From positions 1,000 through 64,999 of the forward strand of contig CAMZHH010000001.1 in NCBI GenBank assembly GCA_947306745.1: DNA of 64,000 nucleotides. Reading direction: 5' to 3'. Source of the DNA: an uncultured Candidatus Saccharibacteria bacterium. Its GTDB lineage: Bacteria > Patescibacteriota > Saccharimonadia > Saccharimonadales > Saccharimonadaceae. The notes under the pieces are model-generated. The model was not told where the DNA came from and made no database searches. It saw only the letters and a list, made by a program, of their open reading frames with translations. Position numbers and translations under genes: made by a program. Shown here one piece after another: positions 9,418-19,769 of this stretch; position 1 is the stretch's first letter; every line of letters begins with the position of its first letter.

Positions 9418-10038
9418 TTATAAACCTCTTACCCATAATTCGTTATTCAGCGGCCACTCGTTTGCCAAACAGCCACGCAATCCTGTCGACTGTTGTAGCA
9501 TTATCGGTGCATAGCCATTTACACATCCCGTCACATGATCGTGTCCGAGGAAATGCCCTACTTCATGATTAATCACCATTTGACGATATTTCTTCAATGA
9601 TTGCCCAGCATTATTATAGCTATCCGTCGACAAACGCCAACGCGTATCGTTTATTAGCACATATGGCTTTACTGTACAGCTAAGCTCGGTCGAGCAGCCA
9701 GACGGCGATACTGCCTTCACCTGGTCGCCCGAGGCTAATACTACGTGCAGACGACCACCCGAAGAAACTTCTTTAAAAGTTACGCCAGCACGCGCCCATC
9801 CATTAGGAGAAGTTAATGTTTCGCGCACTAAGTTTCGGAATTCTTCCTTATCCGCCTGAATCGTTCCGCGATAGCTTACATCGTAAGTAACGGTATAAGT
9901 AGCTGTTACTTTTGGAGCGGCAGTCTTCTGCTTTTCTAACAAAATAGCTGCAGCGTAACTATCACTAGTTTGCTGCAGCTCTAGATTAGTACGGTTTACT
10001 TCCGCCGATAAAATCAAGCTCAGTAATCCGTCAATCAT
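9418..10038 (-). CDS. putative secreted zinc metalloprotease-like protein (HExxH)
   Basis: 206 aa containing NHEVGHFLGHDH (HExxHxxGxxH, metzincin-like). Confidence 0.6.
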   Translation of the reverse strand: MIDGLLSLILSAEVNRTNLELQQTSDSYAAAILLEKQKTAAPKVTATYTVTYDVSYRGTIQADKEEFRNLVRETLTSPNGWARAGVTFKEVSSGGRLHVVLASGDQVKAVSPSGCSTELSCTVKPYVLINDTRWRLSTDSYNNAGQSLKKYRQMVINHEVGHFLGHDHVTGCVNGYAPIMLQQSTGLRGCLANEWPLNNELWVRGL

Positions 10039-10040
10039 TT

Positions 10041-10886
10041 TTACTCTTCAGTTTTAGTTTCGTCGTCGGTCTTGGTCTCTTTATCGTCGGTCTTCTTCTG
10101 TTCGCTAGACTTGGCAGCCTCTTTCTGCTCCTCATCTATCTCTTCTTGGAGAGCCTCACAGTCGATAATGCCCTTGATTGCTTCCGCTTCGTCGCCCTCG
10201 ACGTCTGCGCATGGCTTGAGCTCGTTTACATTGAACTTGCCCATTACCCACTCGCCGCTTGCGATCTTCTGATAAAGCACTACACGCTTCGTGCCAGTTA
10301 CTTGAACAATACCTAAACTAAGTACTTTATATTTACCGTTGATTTTCAAAAAGTTGATATTTGACTCATCGTAATCAATCACATAGTTGGAGCCAAAACG
10401 TGCAGTCAATAATTTGTCTACTGACGCAAAGTCGCTGCCATTCATGTACTGCTTATCAAGCGACAATGCTTCGGCAGCACTAACTTGATCATCAGCACCA
10501 ATCAATTCGTATAGCTGCGAAATCTGAGACTTCGTATTTTGCTTCTCTTTATCGGCTTGCGTAGCATTATTGATTTGCATAACACAAATCACGACCGAAA
10601 TTACCATACCTACCAAGAAAATTGCCGAAACGCCCATCAAAGCCTTCGCAATATTCTTCCAGGAATAGTCTACCGTTGGACGGCCACTTACAACGCCGTT
10701 AGCGTTCGTCAAAGAAATCGTAACTTCTTCTGGTTTTTTCTCAGTGTCAATTTTTGCTTGTTCTTCTGGCGAGTTAAAACTTTCGTAAGAAATATTTGGC
10801 CCACCAAATCCATCGAAGCCATCACCAGAATTATTACCGTTTCCGGCATCCGGATTTGGCGTAACTATATCACCGTTTGGATACAT
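10041..10886 (-). CDS. hypothetical membrane protein
   Basis: 281 aa with a central TM segment (ALMGVSAIFLVGMVISVVICVM) and an acidic, Lys-rich C-terminus. It is the first gene of the minus-strand operon 10886->7268. Confidence 0.6.
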   Translation of the reverse strand: MYPNGDIVTPNPDAGNGNNSGDGFDGFGGPNISYESFNSPEEQAKIDTEKKPEEVTISLTNANGVVSGRPTVDYSWKNIAKALMGVSAIFLVGMVISVVICVMQINNATQADKEKQNTKSQISQLYELIGADDQVSAAEALSLDKQYMNGSDFASVDKLLTARFGSNYVIDYDESNINFLKINGKYKVLSLGIVQVTGTKRVVLYQKIASGEWVMGKFNVNELKPCADVEGDEAEAIKGIIDCEALQEEIDEEQKEAAKSSEQKKTDDKETKTDDETKTEE

Positions 10887-11136
10887 TTATTTCTCCTAAT
10901 AGCGTATTACTGAAAATATTTTACCATAAACGCTATTACTTTGATAATAATTTATTTACGATAACTTTTTTCGCCGGTCATTAGACGAACCCCTGAGCTT
11001 CTCATCCCCACTCTCCATATAATAAATATTTTTAAGAATAAAAGCCGGTAGATTGGTATTTTCTTATGCTCTCGCGCTATTTCTCATAGAGCGACGAGCA
11101 TAAAAAATGCCGAGATATCGGCTTTTAACTTAAAAA

Positions 11137-11226
11137 TGGCGGAGAGATGGGGATTCGAACCCCAGATACGGTTGCCCGCATACACGCTTTCCAAGCGTGC
11201 TCCTTCAACCACTCGGACACCTCTCC
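11137..11226 (-). tRNA. tRNA-Ser (anticodon GGA), CCA encoded
   Basis: The reverse complement GGAGAGGTGTCCGAGTGG...CTTGGAAAG...GGGGTTCGAATCCCC...CTCTCCGCCA folds as a cloverleaf with a long variable arm. The anticodon loop is TTGGAAA. Confidence 0.9.
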
Positions 11227-11358
11227 AGCTCCACTCATTCTAGCATAAAAAACCTCTCTTGTCATCCCACTCGCCTATCTTGACTTTTTGCACAATCCGT
11301 GATATAATTATAAGATAGCTTTTGTCTATAGATCTTTAATGAAAGAGAGGTGATTTTT

Positions 11359-11682
11359 ATGCCAACACGTAGAATTTTCATCCTTACCAAGGATGGCTCT
11401 ATTGTTGACAAATCGGTGAAAGATCAACTACCCATCATGCTCAATGATCCCGACGACGTCGAATATCAATATATGGAGGGCGAAGACTGGCTGCCTGCTT
11501 ATCGCGTAGGCTACAACCTACATCCGAACCATGCATTAGTCTTCTATGAGCAAAGCGACACTCGTCGCGGATTCTTTGTCTTTACCGACCCAGAGCTTTT
11601 AAAAGAAATTTCCAAACGCCTGATTGCGGTCGATAAAGCCCGTACTTCCTGGGAAGTTGTTCGCGAATTCATGGAAGAATAA
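11359..11682 (+). CDS. hypothetical protein
   Basis: The ORF track starts at GTG 11350. ATG 11359 sits 7 nt after AGAGAGG, so it is the preferred start. A terminator follows. Confidence 0.6.
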   Translation: MPTRRIFILTKDGSIVDKSVKDQLPIMLNDPDDVEYQYMEGEDWLPAYRVGYNLHPNHALVFYEQSDTRRGFFVFTDPELLKEISKRLIAVDKARTSWEVVREFMEE

Positions 11683-11690
11683 CCACTCAC

Positions 11691-11720
11691 CCGCCGGGGC
11701 TCCGCGCCCCGGCATTTTTT
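11691..11720 (+). terminator. intrinsic terminator
   Basis: GC-rich hairpin ccgccggggc/gccccggc followed by T6. Confidence 0.7.
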
Positions 11721-11783
11721 AGTCTAACTTTTTTAACATATTCATTTTTAATTCGGGTTTTTAAGATATATAATGATAAAAGC

Positions 11784-12857
11784 ATGCCAAATCAAGATAA
11801 TGAAACCATAATTGAGCTCAAGGCCGTTTCGAAGCGCTACGGCTTTGGTGACGCAGAATCTTATGCGCTTCACAACTTTGATTTAACCGTTAAACGCGGT
11901 GAATTTATTATGATCATGGGGCCATCCGGCTGTGGTAAAACCACCCTACTCAACATTATTGGCCTCCTAGATAAAGCTACCTCTGGCGAATATAAGCTCG
12001 CCGGCAAATCTGTCGATCGCATTTCTTCCCGCAAGAAGGCTCGCTTCCGCGCCAAAGAAATCGGCTTCATTTTCCAGAGCTTTAACCTTATTCCTAATCT
12101 TTCCGTTATTGAAAACGTTTCTCTTCCGCTCATCTATAACGGCTACAGTAAGACTCGTCGTCTCAAAATGGCAGACACTATTCTTGAGCACTTCCATCTC
12201 CGCGAACGCGAATATTACATGCCATCTCAACTTTCCGGCGGCCAGCAACAGCGCGTCGCTATCGCTCGCAGCTTAATTGCCAATCCAAGCATCATTCTCG
12301 CTGATGAGCCTACTGGTAACCTCGACAGCCGCGCCAGTCACATCATTATGGAAGAACTCCAAGATATCCATGCACTTGGCAATACCATTATCATGGTCAC
12401 ACATAATCCCGCTTTAACCACCTACGCCACCCGCGTCATTAATATGCTTGACGGCGAAATAGATACGGATATTAAGACTGTCGCCGACCAAGATTTGCCA
12501 AAACCAGGCGATCCAGAAAAAATATCCGTCCGTGTTCTCTCTAAGAAGAAAAAGGCCGTCGAGCTCGAAGTTGATTCCTCTTCCCCAGTCATCGTTTCCG
12601 GCAACAATATCACCATCGCCGGTCTTGACGATGAAGATAAGCCTGCAAAATCTACCAAAAAGGACAGCAAGAAATCCGATTCCAAGTCTGAAGAATCTGA
12701 AAAGGTCGAGAAAAAGACCCGCTCTACACGTAGCCGCTTCGGCAACATTATCAATAAAGCCAAGAAAGCTAAGTCTGAAAAAACTCCGAAAAAGACCAAA
12801 ATCGAAGTAAAACCAGAAAAGTCTAAAAATACTAAAACTACGAAGAAGGAATCATAA
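11784..12857 (+). CDS. ABC transporter ATP-binding protein (MacB/LolD-type) with Lys/Ser-rich C-terminal tail
   Basis: 357 aa with Walker [10 protein letters not shown], signature [14 protein letters not shown] and Walker [12 protein letters not shown]. The last ~130 aa are low-complexity and K/S/E-rich. Confidence 0.9.
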   Translation: MPNQDNETIIELKAVSKRYGFGDAESYALHNFDLTVKRGEFIMIMGPSGCGKTTLLNIIGLLDKATSGEYKLAGKSVDRISSRKKARFRAKEIGFIFQSFNLIPNLSVIENVSLPLIYNGYSKTRRLKMADTILEHFHLREREYYMPSQLSGGQQQRVAIARSLIANPSIILADEPTGNLDSRASHIIMEELQDIHALGNTIIMVTHNPALTTYATRVINMLDGEIDTDIKTVADQDLPKPGDPEKISVRVLSKKKKAVELEVDSSSPVIVSGNNITIAGLDDEDKPAKSTKKDSKKSDSKSEESEKVEKKTRSTRSRFGNIINKAKKAKSEKTPKKTKIEVKPEKSKNTKTTKKES

Positions 12858-12859
12858 TC

Positions 12860-14089
12860 ATGGGCTTACTAATCAATACACACTTCCACCTCGCCATCGA
12901 TAGCCTTCGTCGCAATCGTGGGCGCACTTTCCTTTCCGCGCTCGGCATTGCAATTGGTGTCGCTAGCATCGTCTTAATTCTTTCTCTCACCGGTGGCGTC
13001 AATCGCTTAATCAGCACCAATACCAACCGCGACAATGCCAACCTTATCTTGGTTCGTCCAAGTAATGGCAAGAATGTCACAGAAAACATCATCGACGAGC
13101 TCACTTCAAACGCGCAATATATCAAGTCTAACCTTGCGCTTGATGACGTCGACGTACTCAAACGCATCGACAACGTTTCTGCCGTCACGCCACTCGCCAT
13201 CTCGAATTCTCCAGTAACCGTCAGCGACAAAATCTACCAATCTATGACCGTTGTCGCTACTAACTCCGACTTCGCTAAAATGGCAAATGTTCATCTCAAA
13301 AACGGTCAATTCCTCGATTACGATATTCGCGACGATGTTGCCGTTATTGGCTATAAGGCCGCTCTTACAATGTTCGGTGGACCAGAGGCTATCACTAAAA
13401 CTTTCAAATACAACGGCAAACAATTCATGGTCATTGGCGTCATGGACGAAGTTGACGACCCAATTAACTACAATAACTTCGACCTAGACAATTCCATCTT
13501 AATTAACATCGAATACGCCAGCACTTTTGAATCTTCCCTCCAAATCCAACAAATCGATGTACGTACCTCCACGACCGATGCTGTCGGCGACGTTGCAAAT
13601 AATATCAAAGATAAGCTCACCCAGATTAAAAACGGCGACCAAAACTTCTCCGTCATCACTGGCGAATCTAATATGCACCCAGCTGGCGGTTTACTATCAA
13701 TTGTTTCCAGCATGCTCACACTCGTAGCGTCCATCTCGCTCATCGTTGGTGGCGTTGGTATTATGAATATCATGCTCGTCTCCGTCTCGGAGCGTACGCG
13801 CGAAATTGGCATCCGTAAAGCCGTGGGCGCATCTGGTGGCAATATTCTTTTGCAATTCCTCTTCGAATCGCTCATTCTGAGTATTCTAGGTAGTTTAATG
13901 GGTTTTGCGCTCGGCTACATTCTCGCCTTCCTCATCTCCCTTATTACACCATTCGCACCGCATATCTCATGGCAGATTCTCGGCATCACCGGCTGCGTAT
14001 CAGTTGCTGTTGGTATCATCTTCGGCATCTATCCTGCCGTTAAAGCGGCCAGCAAAGATCCAATCACTTCCCTTAAGTTCTACCGTTAA
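12860..14089 (+). CDS. ABC transporter permease (MacB periplasmic domain + FtsX-like)
   Basis: 409 aa. It has an N-terminal TM, a large extracytoplasmic domain and three C-terminal TM segments, with ERTREIGIRKAVGA typical of FtsX/MacB permeases. Confidence 0.85.
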   Translation: MGLLINTHFHLAIDSLRRNRGRTFLSALGIAIGVASIVLILSLTGGVNRLISTNTNRDNANLILVRPSNGKNVTENIIDELTSNAQYIKSNLALDDVDVLKRIDNVSAVTPLAISNSPVTVSDKIYQSMTVVATNSDFAKMANVHLKNGQFLDYDIRDDVAVIGYKAALTMFGGPEAITKTFKYNGKQFMVIGVMDEVDDPINYNNFDLDNSILINIEYASTFESSLQIQQIDVRTSTTDAVGDVANNIKDKLTQIKNGDQNFSVITGESNMHPAGGLLSIVSSMLTLVASISLIVGGVGIMNIMLVSVSERTREIGIRKAVGASGGNILLQFLFESLILSILGSLMGFALGYILAFLISLITPFAPHISWQILGITGCVSVAVGIIFGIYPAVKAASKDPITSLKFYR

Positions 14090-14100
14090 TTAAATCCATC

Positions 14101-14130
14101 AAAATACCTCCCATCTGGGAGGTATTTTTT
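14101..14130. terminator. bidirectional intrinsic terminator
   Basis: A4, the hairpin tacctccc-atct-gggaggta, then T6, between the convergent ABC operon and the giant gene. Confidence 0.8.
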
Positions 14131-14138
14131 ATGTCGGA

Positions 14139-17100
14139 TTATTCGCGTCCGCTTTCTGGCCTAAAGGCACTAATATTGTTCACGGTGCGCTCAAAGCTTG
14201 GCGCAAACTTCATCGCCTCACCCTTACTATTCCTAATCGTAAAGGTCATCTTTTCACTTTCACGCTGAATCAATCCAAGTCCTTCGAGGAGTTGAAGGTC
14301 ATCATCGCTAATCTCGCTACTATGGTATTTCGCATTAGCTAGAATCTTGCGCTGTTCTTCTTCAGTAGAGTAGTTCCAATTCTTTAGCGCCATGCGAATT
14401 GCATCGTAGTCGGCCTGTGACATGACCGGATTATGTGATAATTCACGAATTTGGTCATCCGAAACGTTAATGCGAATATCTCCATCCGTATACAATCGAA
14501 TTGTATCTTTGAAATCTGGGAATACATCCGGCCCCCAGAAAGCATCTGGATCTATTGCGTCTAGCGCATCAGCGTGCGCGCCTTTCTCAGGAGCCGCCTT
14601 TACACCTTCCGCCAACTTGCCATCATTATGGTCGGACTTGATGATACCGAGCCCCTCCAGAGTCTTTGCAACATCGAGCGAATCTGCGTCCATACCGGCT
14701 TCTTCGTCACTTTCAGCTAATAAGTACTTACGACGCATCTCGACTGGTAATTTATTCCAACGGTCAATCGCCGCACGTGCTACCGATGTTCTATTCTCTG
14801 GCACGATCTTCGTCAAATCGCCATCACTAATCTCAACCAAAGTCGAGTAAGAGTCGCCATCGACCATTTCATATTTTTCGGTCAAGACATTTGGCAATTC
14901 AACTTCGCCCGGACGAACCACCTTAATCTCGTTATTATTCGAAGCGGTAAATTCTTTCGTTTCACCTGGCTTATTATTTTCCATTTCTCTACGAGCGGCC
15001 TCAACTGCTTCAGCTGGTGACATCGTTGGATCAACATCAATAATCCGATCGCCGTCGTGTACCCATGCCATAGTACGCTGCAATTTTCCAATTTTTCTGT
15101 AATCAATACTCTGCTCGCCATCGTCTACCGGAGAACCTTCACTCACCGCTGAGGTACTTGCTGGAGTCTCACTGGCCGTTGGTGTAGTGCTCGGCGGAGT
15201 TTCACCACCACTCCGTACATCCGAAGGCGTATTGTCGCCAGGATTATCTTCGATAATAACCTTCGCTCCAGTTGGTACACGTACATCAACAGTTCCATTC
15301 CCTCTTCTACCGCGCGTCAAATTCTTACGTCTAGCAGCGCCTAGAGCTGGGAAACTTGCAACGGCACGCTCGATTGACTGGTTAAAGCCAATAACATCCC
15401 ATACCGTTTCCGATGTACTAACTTGTGTCTTAATCATATCAGGCACATCACCAGAGCCACCGAAAGTCCAAAGCGACGCGAATAGTTCTTTACCATTTTC
15501 GACGCCAGTCGCAAAACCACCTTGAATCTGATAGAATGTGCGATCGCGAAGCATATCGGTAATTGCGCTATCCATATTAGAAGTATCTGGTACAATTTCG
15601 CCAGCACTATTAACCATACCATTAATTGCAATTGGAGAACTATCTGGTGTTGCACGCATATAGAACTTAATCTGGTCACCCATCTTACTCAAATCATACG
15701 TTTTACCGCCACCAGAAGCCATACCGCGAGCAAATGTATATGGACCTTCGCCTGAGCGGAAATAACCTTGTAATTCTGTACCATCCGAGCCACTTGTACC
15801 ATTATCCAACCAGCTTTCGCAAGACGAGTTACCACGCTCGCCGAAGTATTGCGACGCCGGCACCTCACCTTCTTTTATGGTACCTACCTCACGGCTCTTA
15901 ACTGTATATCCCATTTGCTCAAGCTCTTGCTTATGCTCAGGAGTCATGTCGGAATCTTTTATGCCTTGAGCAGCTTCCACATCGATAAACGTCGAGCCCT
16001 TATTTAATCCAAGTGCGCCAGCCATCAAGGTAGCTTGCGCATCCTCATTATTCTTTAGATGAAATACATTATCGAAGATACCGTATTGTTTCGGACTGAC
16101 CATTGCGACTACTTCCTGTGAAGCAACAGACATTACGCCAGCGACGGCAGCAGATTTAACACCCTGACCTACCATACGGCGACGACGAAGTTTCCTAAAG
16201 GCTGCATCCTTTGCGGAAATATCCTTCTCAAAGGTCTGCGTGGCACCCTCAATGGCTCTCGTCATCACTTCACTATCAAAAGCAACGCCTTGTCTCTTCA
16301 GTTCAGCCTTCGCCTTCGCGCGCTGAACCGCTAAATCCATACGCTCTTGTTCAATTACGTCAGTATTACCACTCGAATAGCGGATTAAATCAATCTTGCC
16401 ACGGTCGCTCAAACGAGTTGCCGCTTCGGCGGAAGCTAACGCTGTCTTAATTTGATCTGCGTTACCACTCTTTAACGCCCTCTCAAGATCGTCAGTGTAG
16501 GCCTTAGCGCTACGCGCCTCATATTGCGTACGCTCCATTCTTTCATCGTAAGACGTATCGCCAGCACTTTCGCCTTGTGCCATACGACGAGCCTGAGTTT
16601 CACGATCAGTTGTTGAACGGTTGCGTTCACGAATACTTGCCAATACGCCAGTAGTAACCATACCGACCGCGACTGGAACCACAGCAGGAGCCACAGTAGC
16701 GCCAACCACAATGGAACCAGCACTAATTAAAGCCGTACGAAGACCACTCTTGCCGAGATTTGTCGCTAAGCTCGCGGCCGTACCGATGACTTCCGGTGGA
16801 AGCACACGACCAATTGCGCTATTAGACAACCTTTCCGTGATCTTATCTAACGCATCGCGATGAGCTTCCGTACGGACGTTTCTACGCGCCTCGCCATTAA
16901 TGAAGGTAAAGCCCTCCATAATAGATTCGATACTCTCTTCGTGGTCATAACGATCTCTCGCGGCTTCTGCAACGTTCATATAGTTGCTAATCATCAAATC
17001 AGTATTAGCACCCTCATCGTTTAGACTCTTTTGAATCAAGCGCATCTGGTTTTCGAATTGCTCTCTATTTAATTTGCCCTGAGCATATTGAGCAATCGCA

Positions 17101-19322
17101 TCATGCATACTTCTCGTAGCAATCGCTTCATTTGAATTATCGTCGAGACGTTCTTTCTTACGATTACCGTCTTTGTCTTGATCGTAGCGATAGGCATGTT
17201 CCGTACCGTCTTCATCTTTTTCGAGACCATAAACGTCCATCTTTTCGCCCGCATCGGTCGAAATTAGCTCGGTCTTCATGCCTTCAACGTAAGCCGCCAC
17301 AAAGCGTTCAATACCAGCCTTTGAGCCAGACCAATCACGATCATCTAATTCAGTTGATTCGCCACGTTGTTTGGCTTGAATCATCTCGTAAGCTTGCTTC
17401 TGGTAGCGTTGCAATACACCTTCACGGAACATCTGCCCCCATACGATACCTTTAATAATGCGACCTACCTTATTTCCTTGCGACAATCTTTCAGCCAACA
17501 TATTCTGTGCAATTAGGCGCGCTGCATCTTTCGCATCTTTTTGAAGGTCAATCGATGCGACAATCAACTCTTCTTTCATCTTCGGCTCTTTTGGCTCACC
17601 CTCGCCTTTGCCGTCGTCTTTACCTGGTTTCTCTACGCCACCACCAGCGGCCGCACCGCGGTTATTATATTCATCAATTAATTTCTGCAACTCATCGGTC
17701 GACATTTTATCCAAGTCGCCACGAGTCAGACCTTTTTCTTTCTGAATCCAGTCCGCAATTGCACCGGCAGACAATTCACGCATCAGACGCTTCTTTAATG
17801 CTTCATCGTCTTCCTTGCCCTCAGACTTTTCATATTCATCAATTAATTGCTGCAATTCATCAGCCGACATCTTGTCTAGATCACCACGAGTCAGACCTTT
17901 TTCTTTTTGAATCCAGTCTGCGATTGCGCCGGCGGACAATTCACGCATCAGACGCTTCTTGCGCGTTTCTTCGTCTTCCTCGTCTTCCTTCTTCTCACTG
18001 TCTTCTTGCTTGTTTGGATCTTCCTCATTATTGTCAGATTCTTGTTCTGCGCCAAAAATACGATGACCTTCCGAAGCCTCAATACGCTTAGCCCAATCTT
18101 CCGTACTCTCGCCTTCATTGCGTGGATATTTGTGAATTAAGGCATCTTTTTCTTCATCAGACATCTGACTCCAACGAGACTTCGTCGGATCATATTCACC
18201 GCCTTCGTCGTCTTCCCCATTTGGACGCACTTCTGAACCGAGATTTGGCTGACCGTCATTGTCCAACATATCTGGGTTAGCATTCGACTTTAACCAAGCT
18301 TCATAAGAAAGGTCGTCTTGGGTTGGGTTTTCAATATCACGAGTGTCGAAAGGTTTATCTGGCGTAACAGCACCAGTTGGATTACCGTCTGCGTCAAGTT
18401 GATCTGGATTTGCATTTGAGCGCAACCACGCCTCATAGGAGAGGTCATCCTGAGTCGGGTTTTCAATATCGCGCGTATCAAATGGTTTGTCTGGATTTTC
18501 GCCATCAATATCCGAAGAATCAGTTTCTTCTTCGGCCATTGCATTAGATTTCAACCAAGCTTCATAAGAGAGGTCATCTTGGATTGGGTTTTCTACCTTT
18601 GAGGCGTCGAATGGTTCATTTGGAGTATCATTATTCTCTTCAGCTTCCTGCTCGGCTTTCTGTTGTGCCGCCTGGCTAAGAACATCAACTAATTCCTGGC
18701 CAGCTTTCTTGCGAGCAACTTGCTCAAGCACATTCGCCAAATCTTGCTCAGCCTGTTTCACTTCTTCATTATTTTCTTCGGATGGAACTTCAGCGGATAC
18801 ATCCTCGGCTGACGTGCCTTCATCTACGCCTTCATTGCCCATATATTCAGCAAGTGTTGGCGCACCCACACGTTCACGCCAAGCTGCTTCCGTAGCCGCA
18901 GCATCGCGTTCGCCGTTTTCTTTATAGCGATAATCGCCCTCTTCGAGTGGGCTCTCTATCGCTTTCTCGGCCATCAATTTCTGCCATCTTAAACGTTGAC
19001 CGTATTGGCTATTCGACTCGCCCTCTTGTCGCGGCGTGTAATCAAAAGGATTTCCAGTCGCAGAACGCTTGCGCATAATCGGGTCACCATTCTCGTCTTG
19101 CAGAATCTCGCCATGATCAGTAGCGAAAGTCTCATTCTTTTCGCCGCCAAATTCCCCTTCCTCTTCGGCAGCCTCACCACTCAAACGTTTCTCATATCTT
19201 TCGCGGTCTTCATCGGACATTTCCTCCGCCATCGAATCTTTGAATGGCGGCCATTCCTGATCAACGAATCCATTTCCGTCGGTATTCGGATTATCTTCGT
19301 TTCTTCCTTCTTTTTCGCTCAT
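14139..19322 (-). CDS. giant repeat-containing membrane protein (hypothetical, 1727 aa)
   Basis: A single uninterrupted 5.2 kb ORF. It has an acidic N-terminal third with internal tandem repeats, hydrophobic segments near the middle, and a Ser/Thr/Pro linker. No family was recognised. Confidence 0.8.
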   Translation of the reverse strand: MSEKEGRNEDNPNTDGNGFVDQEWPPFKDSMAEEMSDEDRERYEKRLSGEAAEEEGEFGGEKNETFATDHGEILQDENGDPIMRKRSATGNPFDYTPRQEGESNSQYGQRLRWQKLMAEKAIESPLEEGDYRYKENGERDAAATEAAWRERVGAPTLAEYMGNEGVDEGTSAEDVSAEVPSEENNEEVKQAEQDLANVLEQVARKKAGQELVDVLSQAAQQKAEQEAEENNDTPNEPFDASKVENPIQDDLSYEAWLKSNAMAEEETDSSDIDGENPDKPFDTRDIENPTQDDLSYEAWLRSNANPDQLDADGNPTGAVTPDKPFDTRDIENPTQDDLSYEAWLKSNANPDMLDNDGQPNLGSEVRPNGEDDEGGEYDPTKSRWSQMSDEEKDALIHKYPRNEGESTEDWAKRIEASEGHRIFGAEQESDNNEEDPNKQEDSEKKEDEEDEETRKKRLMRELSAGAIADWIQKEKGLTRGDLDKMSADELQQLIDEYEKSEGKEDDEALKKRLMRELSAGAIADWIQKEKGLTRGDLDKMSTDELQKLIDEYNNRGAAAGGGVEKPGKDDGKGEGEPKEPKMKEELIVASIDLQKDAKDAARLIAQNMLAERLSQGNKVGRIIKGIVWGQMFREGVLQRYQKQAYEMIQAKQRGESTELDDRDWSGSKAGIERFVAAYVEGMKTELISTDAGEKMDVYGLEKDEDGTEHAYRYDQDKDGNRKKERLDDNSNEAIATRSMHDAIAQYAQGKLNREQFENQMRLIQKSLNDEGANTDLMISNYMNVAEAARDRYDHEESIESIMEGFTFINGEARRNVRTEAHRDALDKITERLSNSAIGRVLPPEVIGTAASLATNLGKSGLRTALISAGSIVVGATVAPAVVPVAVGMVTTGVLASIRERNRSTTDRETQARRMAQGESAGDTSYDERMERTQYEARSAKAYTDDLERALKSGNADQIKTALASAEAATRLSDRGKIDLIRYSSGNTDVIEQERMDLAVQRAKAKAELKRQGVAFDSEVMTRAIEGATQTFEKDISAKDAAFRKLRRRRMVGQGVKSAAVAGVMSVASQEVVAMVSPKQYGIFDNVFHLKNNEDAQATLMAGALGLNKGSTFIDVEAAQGIKDSDMTPEHKQELEQMGYTVKSREVGTIKEGEVPASQYFGERGNSSCESWLDNGTSGSDGTELQGYFRSGEGPYTFARGMASGGGKTYDLSKMGDQIKFYMRATPDSSPIAINGMVNSAGEIVPDTSNMDSAITDMLRDRTFYQIQGGFATGVENGKELFASLWTFGGSGDVPDMIKTQVSTSETVWDVIGFNQSIERAVASFPALGAARRKNLTRGRRGNGTVDVRVPTGAKVIIEDNPGDNTPSDVRSGGETPPSTTPTASETPASTSAVSEGSPVDDGEQSIDYRKIGKLQRTMAWVHDGDRIIDVDPTMSPAEAVEAARREMENNKPGETKEFTASNNNEIKVVRPGEVELPNVLTEKYEMVDGDSYSTLVEISDGDLTKIVPENRTSVARAAIDRWNKLPVEMRRKYLLAESDEEAGMDADSLDVAKTLEGLGIIKSDHNDGKLAEGVKAAPEKGAHADALDAIDPDAFWGPDVFPDFKDTIRLYTDGDIRINVSDDQIRELSHNPVMSQADYDAIRMALKNWNYSTEEEQRKILANAKYHSSEISDDDLQLLEGLGLIQRESEKMTFTIRNSKGEAMKFAPSFERTVNNISAFRPESGRE

Positions 19323-19333
19323 TGCCTATTCCT

Positions 19334-19675
19334 TTATTCCGCAACTTCGGCGCTTTCTTCCGCCTTAGGAGCTTCAGCTTCACCTAAGTAAAGCATTCTA
19401 AATTGCAACATCGTTTCAAGCGCAATTCTTTGCAAATCAATACCGCTATCTTGCATAAACTGCGTAACTTTTTCATCATCGAATGACTCATCATCCAACT
19501 TATCAGCAAGCTCAATCGCCTTATCTTCCGGCAAGGCATTAATCGCTGCCTGATCAATCTGATCCATCAAACGTTGAATCATATCAACCTTTAGCTCTTG
19601 ACGTACATCATCATCCAGATCCGAATAACCTTTTTCATCAATCAACTGATTGATAAAATCCTCGACATTTTCCAT
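19334..19675 (-). CDS. small acidic hypothetical protein, co-transcribed with giant gene
   Basis: 113 aa with an AGAGAGG RBS and an extended -10 (TGGTAAAAT on the minus strand) upstream. It ends 11 nt before the giant ORF start. Confidence 0.65.
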   Translation of the reverse strand: MENVEDFINQLIDEKGYSDLDDDVRQELKVDMIQRLMDQIDQAAINALPEDKAIELADKLDDESFDDEKVTQFMQDSGIDLQRIALETMLQFRMLYLGEAEAPKAEESAEVAE

Positions 19676-19769
19676 TTGTTTTTGACCTCTCTTGATATAT
19701 TTATCCTTATGTTAATTTTACCACATCCCGCTCATGTCTAAAAACCTTTTAAGTATAAATGAACTATTA

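Noticed and set aside
14422-19391. Plus-strand ORFs inside the giant gene (for example 17507-18091 and 18996-19391), and alternative minus-frame ORFs.
   Set aside because: They are embedded in a single uninterrupted 5.2 kb minus-strand ORF with coherent repeats. Their Ser/Leu/Arg-rich composition is typical of antisense frames.
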